The notes under the pieces are model-generated. The model did no database searches and was not told the origin of the DNA. It saw nothing but the letters and a program-made list of their open reading frames with translations. 64,000 bases of DNA, taken from Eledone cirrhosa. Lineage: Eukaryota. The translations under genes and the position numbers were made by a program. The first letter of the stretch is position 1. Every line of letters starts with the position of its first letter. Below, piece after piece: positions 41,031 to 55,233 of the stretch. The stretch lies in contig CAXHJY010001173.1 in assembly GCA_964016885.1 (NCBI GenBank), positions 124,001 through 188,000 on the forward strand, read 5' to 3'.

Positions 41031-41829
41031 TTTGTACCATTATGGTGGATTAAGTATCGGTAGAGGGCCGGACGTCATGCTTTGACGCATAGAGTTACGG
41101 CCGTTTCTATTCTGAGTTCAAATCCCGCCGAGGTCAACTTTGCCTTTCATCCTTACGGGGGTCGCTAAAATAAAGTACCAGTAATGTACTGGGTAATTTG
41201 CTGGCCTTGTGCCAAAAGTAGAAACAATTATTTATTGGCAGTATCGGTAGAGGGTCGGACTCCATGCTTTGCAGCTCTTTATAATCTGAGTTCAAATCCC
41301 GCCGAGGTTAACTTTGTGCAAGCACATTCAAATACATGGCCGCTAACATGTGTATAAGCATACATAGTTTTATATAAGATATCCTCGCTTACTCATGCTC
41401 CTACACTGGCCAGTGCATACTTATGCACGAGCTTAAATCCTATAACAATACTTTTAATGTTCTTATTACTTAATTTTACTATTATTAATAACTTCAGTCA
41501 TTTTCGTTTAATAATCTTATTTACATTATTTTCAAAATTTGGAGCTGGAAATTATTCGGTTATTCTAAATAGAATATTAGTCTAATGATTTGTTTTATAG
41601 CATAAATGTGTTTTAGTCTTTGCAAGAAATTGTTATTCTAACCTTTTATTAATAGAATGGTATGATAGTAGATGAATCACTACCTCCCTACGAACAAATG
41701 ACGCTGCACACCAGGTCTGAACACAGAAGAGCCGAACTCCCACTGTCATCGACTCCACCTCTCTCTCGCCCACCCCCATCTCTCTATTATAAGCAAATGG
41801 GGTCCCTAATGCTGGCCGCCCCACGGCCC

Positions 41830-42690
41830 CGGCGGACAGAATGGAGAAGGCGTTTGTTTCCCCGGAGGATGGAAAGGAAGATGCATTGGAAGAGCCATTC
41901 ATTCCATCTCGCGAGGCTCACGCCTGCGGCTAGTCAGCTCAGCGCCTATAGTGGTGAGTAGGGAAGAGGCCCTAGGGCCAAGGGCACCAGATGTATCTAC
42001 TGCTAGGGGTATGACCGATACTTGGAGAGTTTGCCTTCCTCAGCCCGAAGTGAACCTGGGTTAGACGCGCAGACTGCACCAGGTTGCCACTGGAGAATCT
42101 GTCGCTGCATGTGGCATCCCAGACGAGGTATTTACCCACCGCGCGGAACGAGAAGATGGTCATACCGTCTGGTATTTTGCCGTCCCCTCTGTCTAGTCCC
42201 ACCGGCTGCTCGAGTTGGAAGGGGAAGCCTGCAGCATCCAAGTCATGCTTTATGGCCTCCTCGTTGAGAGCAGCATGGCATGGAAGGCAGCTGGCACTGT
42301 AGCGGGAGGAGGGGGGGGGGGGGAGAGTCGATGGTGGATCCACAGCGACATTTTAATGGCTCGCAGATCCGGAGGCCAAGCCTCAGGGAAATTCTGATGC
42401 ACAGGCTATCATTGTCTAGCTGCGTGCCAGTAGAGAAGGAGGGTAAGACATGGAGTCAGGCACCGCTGTGGGGTTATGAGGCCGCGCGAAAACATGCAAG
42501 GCGGTGCTGGTTGAGCTGGCGCGCTAGCCTGTTTCACAGGATGGTATCCCAAATTCTCTGGGGCCTTGACATCAGCAGGGGGAGAATGAGGGGACACACC
42601 GACTGGGCTAAGTCCAAGCCGGTTCCACATCTCGCAGGTGGCCTCACGTTCCTCGTTCACAGTGGGTTCCATTGTGTTTAGAAGAACCTT
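41830..42690 (-). mobile_element. CRE-like non-LTR retrotransposon 3' portion (zinc knuckle and RLE), decayed
   Basis: HSGA.LHVLP..GTQLDND..LRLGL..KCRCG; HAALNE..PVGLDRGDGKIPDGMT..GKYLVWDATCSD..AEEGKLSKY. Confidence 0.85.
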
Positions 42691-42849
42691 GTTAAAGAGG
42701 ACGCGGATTCTCGCTCAACATGATGACGTAATTATCCTCCCATATATTTCGTCCATCACGAGAGAATGTCTTCACGAACCAACGTTATGTCTTCCTGTTT
42801 TTCTTTGTAACGTTTTATGAAAAATTTACTTCTGTCTTCGCAGATTGGT

Positions 42850-42943
42850 TTTTTCAGTTTCAGAAGATCCCTGTATAAGGGTGAAAGCAGTGATTCTTTG
42901 ATTAAACTTTAATCTGTTCTTATTACAAATATTTGCTCTACGG

Positions 42944-43004
<61 letters not shown>

Positions 43005-43151
43005 TATACATATACACACACACATATATATATATACACACATATATATATATATACACACACACACATATATATACACACACATATATATATATACACA
43101 CACACACACATATATATACACACAAATATATATACACACATATATATATAT

Positions 43152-43182
<31 letters not shown>

Positions 43183-43218
43183 CACATATATATATATATA
43201 CATACACACACACATACA

Positions 43219-43278
<60 letters not shown>

Positions 43279-43319
43279 CACACACATACATATATATATA
43301 CACACACATATATATATAT

Positions 43320-43396
<77 letters not shown>

Positions 43397-43442
43397 CATT
43401 ATCGAGTCCTCTTCGTATTTTAGTCTTCACATTTATTATTAC
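42850..43442 (+). mobile_element. Family D element with degenerate hammerhead (about 42860-42895) and an internal microsatellite of about 440 bp
   Basis: C(A)GAAGA-T-CCCT-GTATA-AGGG-T-GAAA; both flanks of the microsatellite match contiguous parts of 2136-2260. Confidence 0.7.
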
Positions 43443-43751
43443 CATATATAGGCATATGTATGTATATATATCGGGCCGTTTCTTAACAAACGAATTGAAC
43501 ATTACTATTACGGAGGGTGGTGGATTAGCAGTATCAGTAGAGGGTCAGACGTCGGACGCCATGCTTTGCAGCATAGAGTTACGGCCCTTGCCATTCTGAG
43601 TTCAAATCCCGCCGAGGTTAACTTTGCCTTTCATCCTTACGGGGGTCGATAAAATAAAGTACCAGTAATGCACTGGGTAATTGCTGGCCTTGTGCCTAAA
43701 GTAGAAACAATTATTAGTGTTCGATATAACCCATGCGTACATATGTATATA

Positions 43752-43819
<68 letters not shown>

Positions 43820-43894
43820 TATGTACGTATGGGTTACATCGATTAAATTGACCCCAGTATGTTATATATATATGTATATATATATATATTAAAA

Positions 43895-44310
43895 TATAAA
43901 TATTAATAAAATAGATGTTCTTTTGATCAATTACATTTTATTATACATATATCGGATGTACAACAGTACGTCCTCATCAGACAAAATATAATGATACATG
44001 ACATACCCTGAGATGTTAAATGCTTAAGATTTAACTAGACTACCTTGATTAAATCTTAACCATTTAACATCTCAGGGTATGTCATGTATCATTATATTTT
44101 GTCTGATGAGGACGTACTGTTTGTTGTACATCCGAAATATGTATAATAAAATGTATGATCAAAAGAACATCTATTTTATTAATACTTATATTTTAATATT
44201 AATAACTCCTGAAAATTTTTATTTTTTATTTTCACTGTTGAGTGCTTCCAATCTACTGTAAAACTCATTCTTTGACATAATCATCGAATATTGTTTAACA
44301 ACTTAATACA
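43895..44310. mobile_element. Family A fold-back element; hammerhead on plus strand at 44095-44153
   Basis: Arms about 43901-44034 / 44049-44184. TATTTTGT-CTGATGA-GGACGTAC/GTACATCC-GAAA-TATGTA-TA-ATAAAATG. The mirror copy has GATA in place of GAAA. Confidence 0.85.
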
Positions 44311-44654
44311 TATATATATATATGTGTGTGTGTGTATGTGTACATACTTATATTTACACACACACACACACACACACATACAACACGCTTACATGCACAC
44401 ATAACTTCCTATATAATTTCAGATAGCAAGAGGAGGAAGGGGGGAGGGGGCGAGACAAAAAGATAATGTAGAGGAGTGACAGGAGGAGGAGGAGAGATGA
44501 CTAGAGAGGAGGGGGGGGGAGGAAGTGTCTCCCTCCACCCCTCCCCGGAAACGGACCTGAAATCCTCTGTGAAACATCTTGTGTCTTCTTCCTCACTGTT
44601 TAGATGGTATTTACTTTGGTGAAGTTTAATGCCAGTGCAAAACCAGGCATTGCA

Positions 44655-46012
44655 TCACCACCGCCTCCACCTTCACCCCCACCACCACTTCAGTTGACAT
44701 CACCACCACCACCACTTCAATTGACATCACCACCACCGCCACCACCACCACCACCACCACTGGCATCACCACCACCACCACTTCAATTGACACCACCACC
44801 ACCACCACCACCACCACTGGCATCACCACCACCACCACTTCAATTGACATCACCACCGCCACCACCACCACCACCACCACCACCTCCACCACCACTTCAA
44901 TTGACATCACCACCGCCACCACCACCACTGGCATCACCACCACCACCACCACTTCAATTGACACCACCACCACCACCACCACCACTTCAATTGACATCAC
45001 CACCGCCACCACCACCACCACCACCACTTCAATTGACATCACCACCACCACCACCACCACCACAACTGACGCCACCACTACCACTGCAACTGACACTAAC
45101 ACCGCCACCGCCGCCACCACCACCACCACTACAACTGACAACACCATCACCGCCGCCGCTGACACCACCACTACCACCGCAACTGACACCACCACCACCA
45201 CTAGCACCAGTGACACCACCACTACCACCACAACTGACAACACCACCACCACCGCGGACACCACCACTACCACTGACACCACCACTACTACCGCAACTGA
45301 CAATACCACCACCACCACCACCACCATAACTGACACCACCACTACCACCACTACAACCGACAACTCCACCACCACCACCACTATAACTGACACACCATCA
45401 CCACCACCACCACCACTGACAACACCACCACTACAACCAACACCACCACCACCACCACCACTGACAACACCACCACTACAACCAACACCACCACCACCAC
45501 CACCACTACAACCGACAACACCACCACCACCACCACTATAACTGACACCACCACCACAACCAACAACGCCACCACCACCACCACCACTACAACTGACACA
45601 CCATCACCACCACCACTACAACTGACACCACCACTACAACCAACAACGCCACCACCACCACCACCACTACAACTGACACACCATCACCACCACCACTACA
45701 ACTGACACCACCACTACCACCACTACAACCAACAACGCCACCACCACCACTACAACTGACACACCACCACCACCACCACAACCAACAACGCCACCACCAC
45801 CACCACTACTACAACTGACAACACCACCACCACCACCACCACTGACAACACCACCACTACAACCGACAACGCCACCACCACCACCACCACCGACAACACC
45901 ACCACCACCACCACTACAACTGACAACACCACCACCACCACCACCACCACCACCACCACCACCACCACCACCACCACCACCACCACCACCACCACCACCA
46001 CCACCACCACCA
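44655..46012. repeat. Complex (CCA)n repeat with CAAYTGACA interruptions
   Basis: Direct reading. Confidence 0.95.
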
Positions 46013-46226
46013 CTGCAACTGTCACTGACCTCACCAACACCTACTGGAGCTACCTTTTATATATGCATGTGTGTGTGTGTGTGTATATATACATGCCTAT
46101 GAGTGTATGTATACACATACACGTACATACATACACAAACACATACATATGTGTATGTATATATGTATATATATATATATATTATATATACAAATATGTC
46201 ATGTGTACATGTGTTCATACATGTAT

Positions 46227-46282
<56 letters not shown>

Positions 46283-47581
46283 ATTTATCTAAAATTAAAT
46301 AGAACACTTTCTATTTGTGAAAACTGACTAAAGTTTGTGAGAGGGGGAGGAGGAGGAGGGGGAGAGAGAGGTGTTAATATGAGGAAATGGGGGAGGGGGG
46401 ACACAAAAACAACAACAATGACACCACAAGGGTGGCAGGGTAGGAAATAATGGAGAGAGAGGAATGGGGGGGGGGGGCAAGAGAAGAAGAAACAGAGAAG
46501 CAGACAGAAGAGTTAGAGAGAGAGAGAGAGAGAGAGAGAGGAATAAAATAGAGAGTAAGAGGGATGAAATAGAAAGAGAGAAAAATAAATTGTGAAAGAG
46601 GGATAGAATAAAAAAAATGGAGAGAGAGAGAGAGAGAGATGGGGATGAGACAGAGAAAGGATGTAACAATGTATAAGTCAGACATTTTAATTTGAGTAAA
46701 GCAGTAGAATTGAGATAGATTTGTGGTTTAATGGTTTGTATCAACAATATACTTGATACAATGTTTAAAACAAGTGGAATAAATAATTTAAGATTGAAAA
46801 TAGTTGATTTTAAAAAAAAATCCAATTCTAGAATAGAATATCTCTCTTCATATGAAGCCACCCAGCACAATTTCCTCATTTTAACCCTTTAACAAAACCA
46901 CAAATTTAAGGATTCTCATTGAAATTAAAATCATTCTGCATAATTTGATATGAGAACTATTTATTAAGTTATGTAACAAATTACATTTTAATAATGAAAT
47001 AATTAATAATTTTAGTAAATCATTCAAAATTCTCCATGAATTAATTGAAATCAGAGTATATCATTTGAAATAAAGCCATGAAAAGGGTTAGTGTTAATAT
47101 CTAAATTAATTCTTTTGACATCAAACTGCCAAGAAGTGCTCCTCATTCTACAACACAAAACTGTTTGTTTTAAAGTGTTTATATTTGTTTCAAAACCTTC
47201 AATCATAATTTTATTTAAGAATCTTTAAGTTGTTTGAAACACAATCTTAATAGTGAAGAAGTTATATAAGAAAATTCATTATTTTTTAAATGATTTGAAA
47301 ATCATAGGGTGTTTTTAATTAGGAATAAATATGGTAACAAAAGAGTTAATTTTCTATTCATTACATTTAAAAAAAAAAGTTTTTGGTCAGTGGTTAAATG
47401 GGGAGTGGGTCAACGCCCATGATCCCTAATTTTTTCAGGGCCTCTGAATACTTGCGACATAGTGAACTTCATTAAAGGAACCAAGGTATCCAAGGTAGAT
47501 GGATTAAATCTGCCAAACAAGAATATGGAATGCAAAAGTCAACAGAACAAATAGCACAATGTGTCTTGTCTGATGCTCTAG

Positions 47582-48148
47582 CTAATCTGACTGCCACCCT
47601 GGACCAGTACTCTAATCTGTCTGTTTACCACCCGGGCTCAGTACTCTAATCTGTCTGACTGCCACCCTGGACCAGTACTCTAATCTGTCTGTTTACCACC
47701 CGGGCTCAGTACTCGAATCTGTCTGTCTGCCACCCTGGACCAGTACTCTAATCTGTCTGTCTGCCACCCGGAGCCAGTACTTTAATCTGTCTGTTTACCA
47801 CCCGGGTTCAGTACTCTAATCTGTCTGTCTGCCACCCAGGCTCAATACTCTAATCCGTCTGTCTGCCACCCTGGACCAGTACTCTAATCCATCTGTCTGC
47901 CACCCTCGATCAGTACTCTAATCTGTCTGTCTGCCACCCGGGCTCAATACTCTAATATGTCTGCCCTCCTGGACCAGTACTCTAATCCGTCTGTCTGCCA
48001 CCCTGGACCAGTACTCTAATCCATCTGTCTGCCACCCTTGATCAGTACTCTAATCTGTCTGTCTGCCACCCGGGCTCAATACTCTAATCTGTCTGCCCTC
48101 CTGGACCAGTACTCTAATCCGTCTGTCTGCCACCCTCGATCAGTACTT
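47582..48148. repeat. About 34-bp minisatellite abutting a SINE family 1 remnant
   Basis: CTGTCTGTCTGCCACCCTGGACCAGTACTCTAAT; the last unit runs into AGTACTTTATTT...GGATGAACGGCTAAGTTGACCTC. Confidence 0.9.
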
Positions 48149-49084
48149 TATTTCGTTCTACCCAGAATGGATGAACGGCTAAGTTGACCTCAACTTACAG
48201 TACAGCAGGCTGGAATAATACAAGCTGTTTCATCTGACACTAACAATTCCACATTTTCCTGGTCAGGTACTTTATTTTATTATACTTGGAAGCGTGAAAG
48301 GCAGATATGACCAGACCAGGATTTGAAAACAGAATCCTACATTGTGACAACTTGGTCAATTTGCTAGAGTTAAATTCTAATATTCTAAAAATCCAAACTA
48401 TTTATCAATTCAATACTCTGTAAAAATATTGTCTTTTCTGGATCTCTAACAGGAACTTTAGATTCTTTAGCTATTCCAAATAATTTGATGGTGTTAAAAC
48501 ATTTTTCAGGTTCAACAAACCCCTGCTATTACTATGGCTATCTAATACTATTTTTTGCTTGTACTATATTGTTGACGGCAAAAGCATTATTTCTGGTGAT
48601 TTAAAACTACCATGAAACAACAACCATCCACTCTCCATTACTGTTTTTGGTTTGCTAGCCTAGATTTTTTTAAAGCTGAAATTTTACCAAAACTAATTTT
48701 GTTTTCATGCCTCCCTGGTCTATGAAATAAACATCAAGGTAAAAAATCATCTTGATAACAAAAGCATTTTTATTTCTAACATATCACTGTTGCTACAACC
48801 GCAACAACAATAACAAATAATGACTTATAACATTATCAGAAGGCCAGCAATTTGTCCGGAGGGCAAAAACGATTATATTGAATCCAGTACTTTACCGGTA
48901 CTTTATTTTATCAACCCCAGAAGAGTGAAAGGCAAAATTGACCTCAGCTAGCTCATTTTGTCTGATGCTTTACTGATTCTGTCAATCTATCACCATAACA
49001 ACAATATGAATTATGGTAATAATAATAATGGTTTCTAATTTAGGCACAAAGCCAGTAATATGGTGGGAAGGAATAAGTCAGTAA

Positions 49085-50022
49085 TTGAGAGATCACAGCT
49101 CCGATACTACAGACATGTGGTTAGAATGTCTCAGGAAAGAATCACTGGATTGAGAGATCACAGCTCTGATACTACAGACATGTGGTTAGAATGTCTCAGG
49201 AAAGAATCACTGGATTGAGAGATCACAACTCTGATACTACAGACATGTGGTTAGAATGTCTCAGGAAAGAATCACTGGATTGAGAGATCACAGCTCTGAT
49301 ACTACAGACATGTGGTTAGAATGTCTCAGGAAAGAATCACTGGATTGAGAGATCACAACTCTAATACTAGGACATGTGGTTAGAATGTCTCAGGAAAGAA
49401 TCTCTGATTTGGGAGATCACAGCTCTGATACTATGGACATGTGGTTAGAATGTCTCAGGAAAGAATCTCCAAATTGAGAGATCACAGCTCTGATACTACA
49501 GACATGTGGTTAGAATGTCTCAGGAAAGAATCACTGGATTGAGAGATCACAACTCTGATACTAGGACATGTGGTTAGAATGTCTCAGGAAAGAATCTCTG
49601 ATTTGGGAGATCACAGCTCTGATACTATGGACATGTGGTTAGAATGTCTCAGGAAAGAATCTCCAAATTGAGAGATCACAGCTCTGATACTACAGACATG
49701 TGGTTAGAATGTCTCAGGAAAGAATCACTGGATTGAGAGATCACAACTCTGATACTAGGACATGTGGTTAGAATGTCTCAGGAAAGAATCATTGGGCAGA
49801 TTTTATAGGCAAAAATCAACTGGCAAAAGACCCAAGAGTAGACCCCAAGCAAGATGGTTGGGTAACATTCTTGAGCTTGGCTGGTCATGCTTGGGGATCC
49901 AGCTGGATCAGTTGGAAACTGTTGCTTCTGACATGACCCACTGGAAGGAATGTTTGAGGACTTTGCCCCTACAACCCTCCCAGGAATAAGTGGGAAAATA
50001 AGAAGATGAAGAAGAAAAAGAA
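49085..50022 (+). mobile_element. RTE-like LINE 3' end with a coding segment of about 65 bp amplified about 11 times
   Basis: Unit encodes IERSQLRYYRHVVRMSQERI; continues into GKRPKSRPQARWL..WKECL and a GAA-rich tail. Confidence 0.82.
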
Positions 50023-50874
50023 GTAAGTCAATAAAATTGACACCAGCAGTTGATTGGTATTATATTTCATCAACCTCAGAAGGATGAAAGGCAAACAATA
50101 ATATACAGCATACAGAAAACATCACTACTAGACACTATGTACATAGTACTTTCAATATAATAGAAACAGCAACAGCAAAACATAATGCTGCACATACCCA
50201 AGGTACACAGAGCTGTGCTCAGTAAAACCGTGATAGCATGCAATAATAATAATTGTTTCGACTTTTGGCACAAGGCCAGCAATTATCCAGTGTATTACTG
50301 GTACTTTATTTTATCAACCACGTAAGGATGAAAGGCAAAGTTAACCTCGGCGGGATTTGAACTCAGAATGGTAAGGGCCGTAACTCTTTGCTGCAAAGCA
50401 TGGCGTCCGACCCTCTACCGATACTGCCAATCCACCAATGGTTTCAAATGTTGGCACAAGGCCAACAATTTTGTGGGGAGTGATAAGTCAAATACATCAA
50501 CCCCAGCATTTAACTGGTACTTTATTTTATCAATCCCACAAGGATGCAAGGCAAAGTTGACCTCAGTGGCATTTGAAATCAGATACTTTTTATTGGTGAG
50601 TGATGTAGTACATTAAATCGACACCAGCATTTCACTGGTACTTGTCTCATATCTTTTGATACACACACCAGAATGAGGAGAGGTAAAAATAACCCTTGGT
50701 GTAATTTGAAGTTGGAATAGTAAAAGAATGTACAAGATAATGCAAGGCACTTTGTCCAGTGCTCTACCAATTCTACTATCTACCACCACCACCATAATGA
50801 TAATAATAGCAACAATAATTTCATTTATTGGCCACATAAAGCACGCAGGGTTCCTATGAAGAAAACATTAAGGA

Positions 50875-52802
50875 TAGTATAAGAGGATACAGTATAGTAC
50901 AGTATAGTATGATACAGTATAGTATGGTACAGTATAGTATAGTATGGTACAGTACAGTATAGTATAGGATCGTACAGTATAGTATGGTACAGTATAGTAC
51001 AGTATAGTATAGTATGGTACAGTATAGTATAGTACAGTATAGTATGGTACAGTACAGTATAGGTACAGTACAGTATATTACAGTGCAGTATAGTATAGTG
51101 CAGTATAGTATGGTACAGTATAGTAGGGTACAGTATAGTATAGTATAGTATAGTGCAGTATAGTATAGTGCAGTATAGTATGGTACAGTACAGTATGGTA
51201 CAGTATAGTATGGTACAGTATAGTATAGTACAGTAGAGTATAGTATGGTATAGTACAGTATAGTATAGTGCAGTATAGTATGGTTCAGTATAGTAGGGTA
51301 CAGTATAGTATGGTACAGTATAGTAGGGTACAGTATAGTATAGTACAGTATAGTATGGTACAGTATAGTATGATATAGTACAGTACAGTATAGTATAGTA
51401 TAGTATGGTACAGTATAATATAGTACAGGATAGTATGGTACAGTACAGTATAGTATAGTATAGTATGGTATGGTACAGTATAGTACAGTACAGTATAGTA
51501 CAAGTACAGTACAGTATAGTATAGTACAGTATAGTTCAGTATAGTACAGTACAGTATAGTACAGTACAATATAGTATAGTACAGTATAGTATGGTACAGT
51601 ATAGTATAGTACAGTACAGTATAGTACAGTATAGTACAGTACAGTATAGTATAGTACAGTATAGTACAGTATAGTACAGTACAGTATAGTATGATATAGT
51701 ACAGTACAGTATAGTATAGTACAGTATAGTATGGTACAGTATAGTATAGTACAGTATAGTATAGTACAGTATAGTATGGTACAGTATAGTATAGTACAGT
51801 ACAGTATAGTACAGTACAGTATAGTATAGTACAGTATAGTACAGTATAGTACAGTACAGTACAGTACAGTATAGTACAGTATAGTATAGTACAGTACAGT
51901 ATAGTATAGTATAGTATAGTACAGTACAGTATAGTATAGTATAGTACAGTATAGTATGATATAGTACAGTATAGTATAGTACAGCATAGTACAGTATAAT
52001 ATAGTATAGTATAGTATAGTGTAGTACAGTATAGTATAGTATAGTACGGTATAGTATAGTATGGTACAGTATAGTATGATATAGTACAGTATAGTATAGT
52101 ATAGTATAGTATGGTACAGTACAGTACAGTATGGTACACTATAGGATGGTACAGTATAGTACAGTATAGTATAGTACAGTATAGTACAGTATAGTATAGT
52201 ACAGTATAGTATGATACAGTACAGTATAGTATGGTACAGTACAGTAAAGTATAGTACAGTATAGTACAGTATAGTACAGTACAGTATAGTATGGTACAGT
52301 ATAGTACAGTACAGTATAGTGTGGTACAGTATAGTATAGTACAGTACAGTACAGTATAGTATGGTACAGTATAGTACAGTACACTATAGTATGGTACAGT
52401 ATAGTACAGTATAGTAAGATACAGTATAGTATGGTACAGTATAGTACAGTACAGTATAGTATAGTACAGTATAGTATAGTACAGTACAGTATAGTACAGT
52501 ATAGTACAGTACAGTATAGTATAGTACAGTACAGTACAGTATAGTACAGTATAGTATGGGCTAGTATAGTACAGTATGATACAGTATAGGTTGATACAGT
52601 ACAGTATAGTACAGTAAGTATAGTATAGTACAGTACAGTACAGTACAGTACAGTATAGTACAGTGTAGTACAGTACAGTATAGTACAGTGTAGTACAGTA
52701 CAGTATAGTATAGTACAGTACAGTATAGTACAGTACAGTACAGTACAGTACAGTATAGTATGGGCTAGTATAGTACAGCATAGTATAGTATGATACAGTA
52801 TA
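50875..52802. repeat. Pentanucleotide satellite (TAGTA/CAGTA/TGGTA)n
   Basis: Direct reading, about 1.9 kb. Confidence 0.97.
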
Positions 52803-53340
52803 GGATTAAAAAGTGTGGATATTTCATGTAAAAACTCTAACAAAACAATAAAATATGAAAATATCAAACAAGAAAATCTTTAATAATGGGGTGAGGGGTA
52901 GGGGTGACTTCCAAGGATCAAAAGGTATAAATAATTGTTTCTACTTTTGGCACAAGGCCATCAAAAGGTATAAATAATGTTTTATAATAATTTACGCAGC
53001 AAGTCAACAGTTTTGTTGGGAAGAGGAATGTCAATAACCTGGACTCAAATACATGTTATATTGACCACAGTAAGATGTTAGGCAAACTTAACCATGACCA
53101 GATTTGAATTCACAATGTAAAGTGCTATAATTAAATGATAATAATATTAATTTTTTCTACAAGGCCAGCAATTATCCCAGTGTATTACTGGTGTATTACT
53201 GGTACTTTATTTTATCGACCCTGTGAGTACAGTAGAGTATAGTATAGTATAGTACAGTGTTTGAGTCCATGTTATTGACATCCCACTCTCCAACAAAACT
53301 GTTGACTTGCTGCCTAAATTATTATAAAACATTAATACTT

Positions 53341-54000
53341 ACATGAGTTTTATATTGAATAATAATTGTTTCTACTTTTGGCACAAGGCCAGCAATAACC
53401 CAGTGTATTACTGGTACTTTATTTTATCTACCCCCGTAAGGATGAAAGGCAAAGTTAACCTCGGCGGGATTTGAACTCAGACCGTAAAGGGACGTAACTC
53501 TATGCTGGAAAGCATGGCGTCCGACCTTCTACTAATACTGTCAATCCCCCGCCCTAAATTGAATAATAATAATATTTGATTCGGTTGCAAGCAAACAGCC
53601 TCATTAAGCAACATTTTTTAGACAACCATCGTCAGCCTTTTGTTCTAGCGGAGAAAGAGAGTAATAATCGACAATATTGTTTCTGGATTATTGCCCTTTG
53701 TCAAGATTGTCATCTAAACACACATAGTGTAATGAGGTTGTTTGCTTGTAAATGAATCGAATAATATTATTATTTGATATAAGGCGGTGGATTGGCAGTA
53801 TCGGTAGAGGGTCGGACGCCATGCTTTGACGCATAGAGTTAAGGCCCTTGCCATTCTGAGTTCAAATCCCGCCGAGGTTAACTTTGCCTTTCATCCTTAC
53901 GGGGGTCAATAAAATAAAGTACCAGTAATGTACTGGGTAATTTCTGGCCTTGTGCCAATAGTAGAAACAATTATTATTTGATATAAAACTCACGAATGCA
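53341..54000. mobile_element. Inverted-repeat element related to 7984-8392, each arm interrupted by a SINE family 1 copy (53366-53553 minus; 53783-53970 plus)
   Basis: 16-bp TSDs at 53350-53365/53554-53569 and 53767-53782/53971-53986. Decayed hammerhead on minus strand at about 53663-53712. Confidence 0.8.
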
Positions 54001-54961
54001 TTTATGTATCTGCTCTAACATAGCAGATAACCAAACTTTAACTATTAATACTATTAGTATCATTATCACGGTGGATTGGCAGTATCGGTAGAGAGTCGGA
54101 CACCATGCTTTGCAGCATAGAGTTACGGCCCTTTATGGTCAGAGTTCAAATCCCACCGAGGTTATCTTTGCCTTTTACCCTTACAGGGTTGATAAAATAA
54201 AGTACCAGTAATACACTGGGATAATTGCTGGCCGTGTGCCAAAAGTAGAAACAATTATTATTGAGTAAATTAAGGAATAACTAATGTACATATAGGAGGG
54301 AAAAAGAATGTTAAATAATAATGATGATGATATATTTAATTATTCAGAATAGATAAACTAACATATGTGATGAACCTTTGCTAATTAACATAACCACATG
54401 GTGTTGAGTAACTTCACCACATATATCTAATAGATCCACGATAGTTTTATATGACAAAAGTTCCACTTGTTACCTCCGCCCTCTCATTGAATTGCAGACA
54501 TATGTACCCTTAAGATAATCCTTGTGTGACAGAGCTGACCTTTCAATTACAAGCACAATCCATCTGACAGGAGTCTTCACAGTTTCCGCCTACCAAATTT
54601 CACTCTCCATGGCTTGGGTCAGCTTAAAGCTATGGAAAGAAAACTTCGCCAAAATACAACACTCTGGGAATCAACCCACATCCTCGGGATTGCAAAGCAA
54701 AAAATTCTTAACCAGTTCGGTACACGTGCATACACACAAATACATAAAAACACATAATTATAGTTATACATTGGCTTTGATAAACTGGTAAAATTTAGAA
54801 GAAAGCAGTCACTATTAATAACAAATATCATATTGACTCTATATACAGTATATGAGTCCTTCATTTAGTGTATGTTTAGTGTCTTATTCACACAAATCCA
54901 TTGAACTTATTGAGTATCTTTTTTAACTGAAGTTACTCCTCAACACCCCTTGGGAACCTAC

Positions 54962-55020
<59 letters not shown>

Positions 55021-55233
55021 TTAGTGGTTCACCACTGGATAGAACTGGTCATTCCGTTTATTTAACCATAATGTAATAGTAGGAAAACACTCTACGTTAC
55101 GCAACTCATCCATCGTTGAAGTTAAATCCTGTGGTTTGCGCAGGAACAGAGTTAAATATTAGTTTGATTAAAACAAAAGGAGGCCGGACTGCTGACGTTC
55201 CATTAAAGTTTTATTGTTGCAAAACACTATATA

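Noticed and set aside
44655-46012. Gly-rich minus frame where TGA alternates with TGT/TGC (selenocysteine idea)
   Set aside because: Explained by one point variant copied through a repeat; the frame is not maintained and no SECIS was seen.
50854-52867. Tyr/Cys/Thr-rich ORFs
   Set aside because: Translations of the pentanucleotide satellite.
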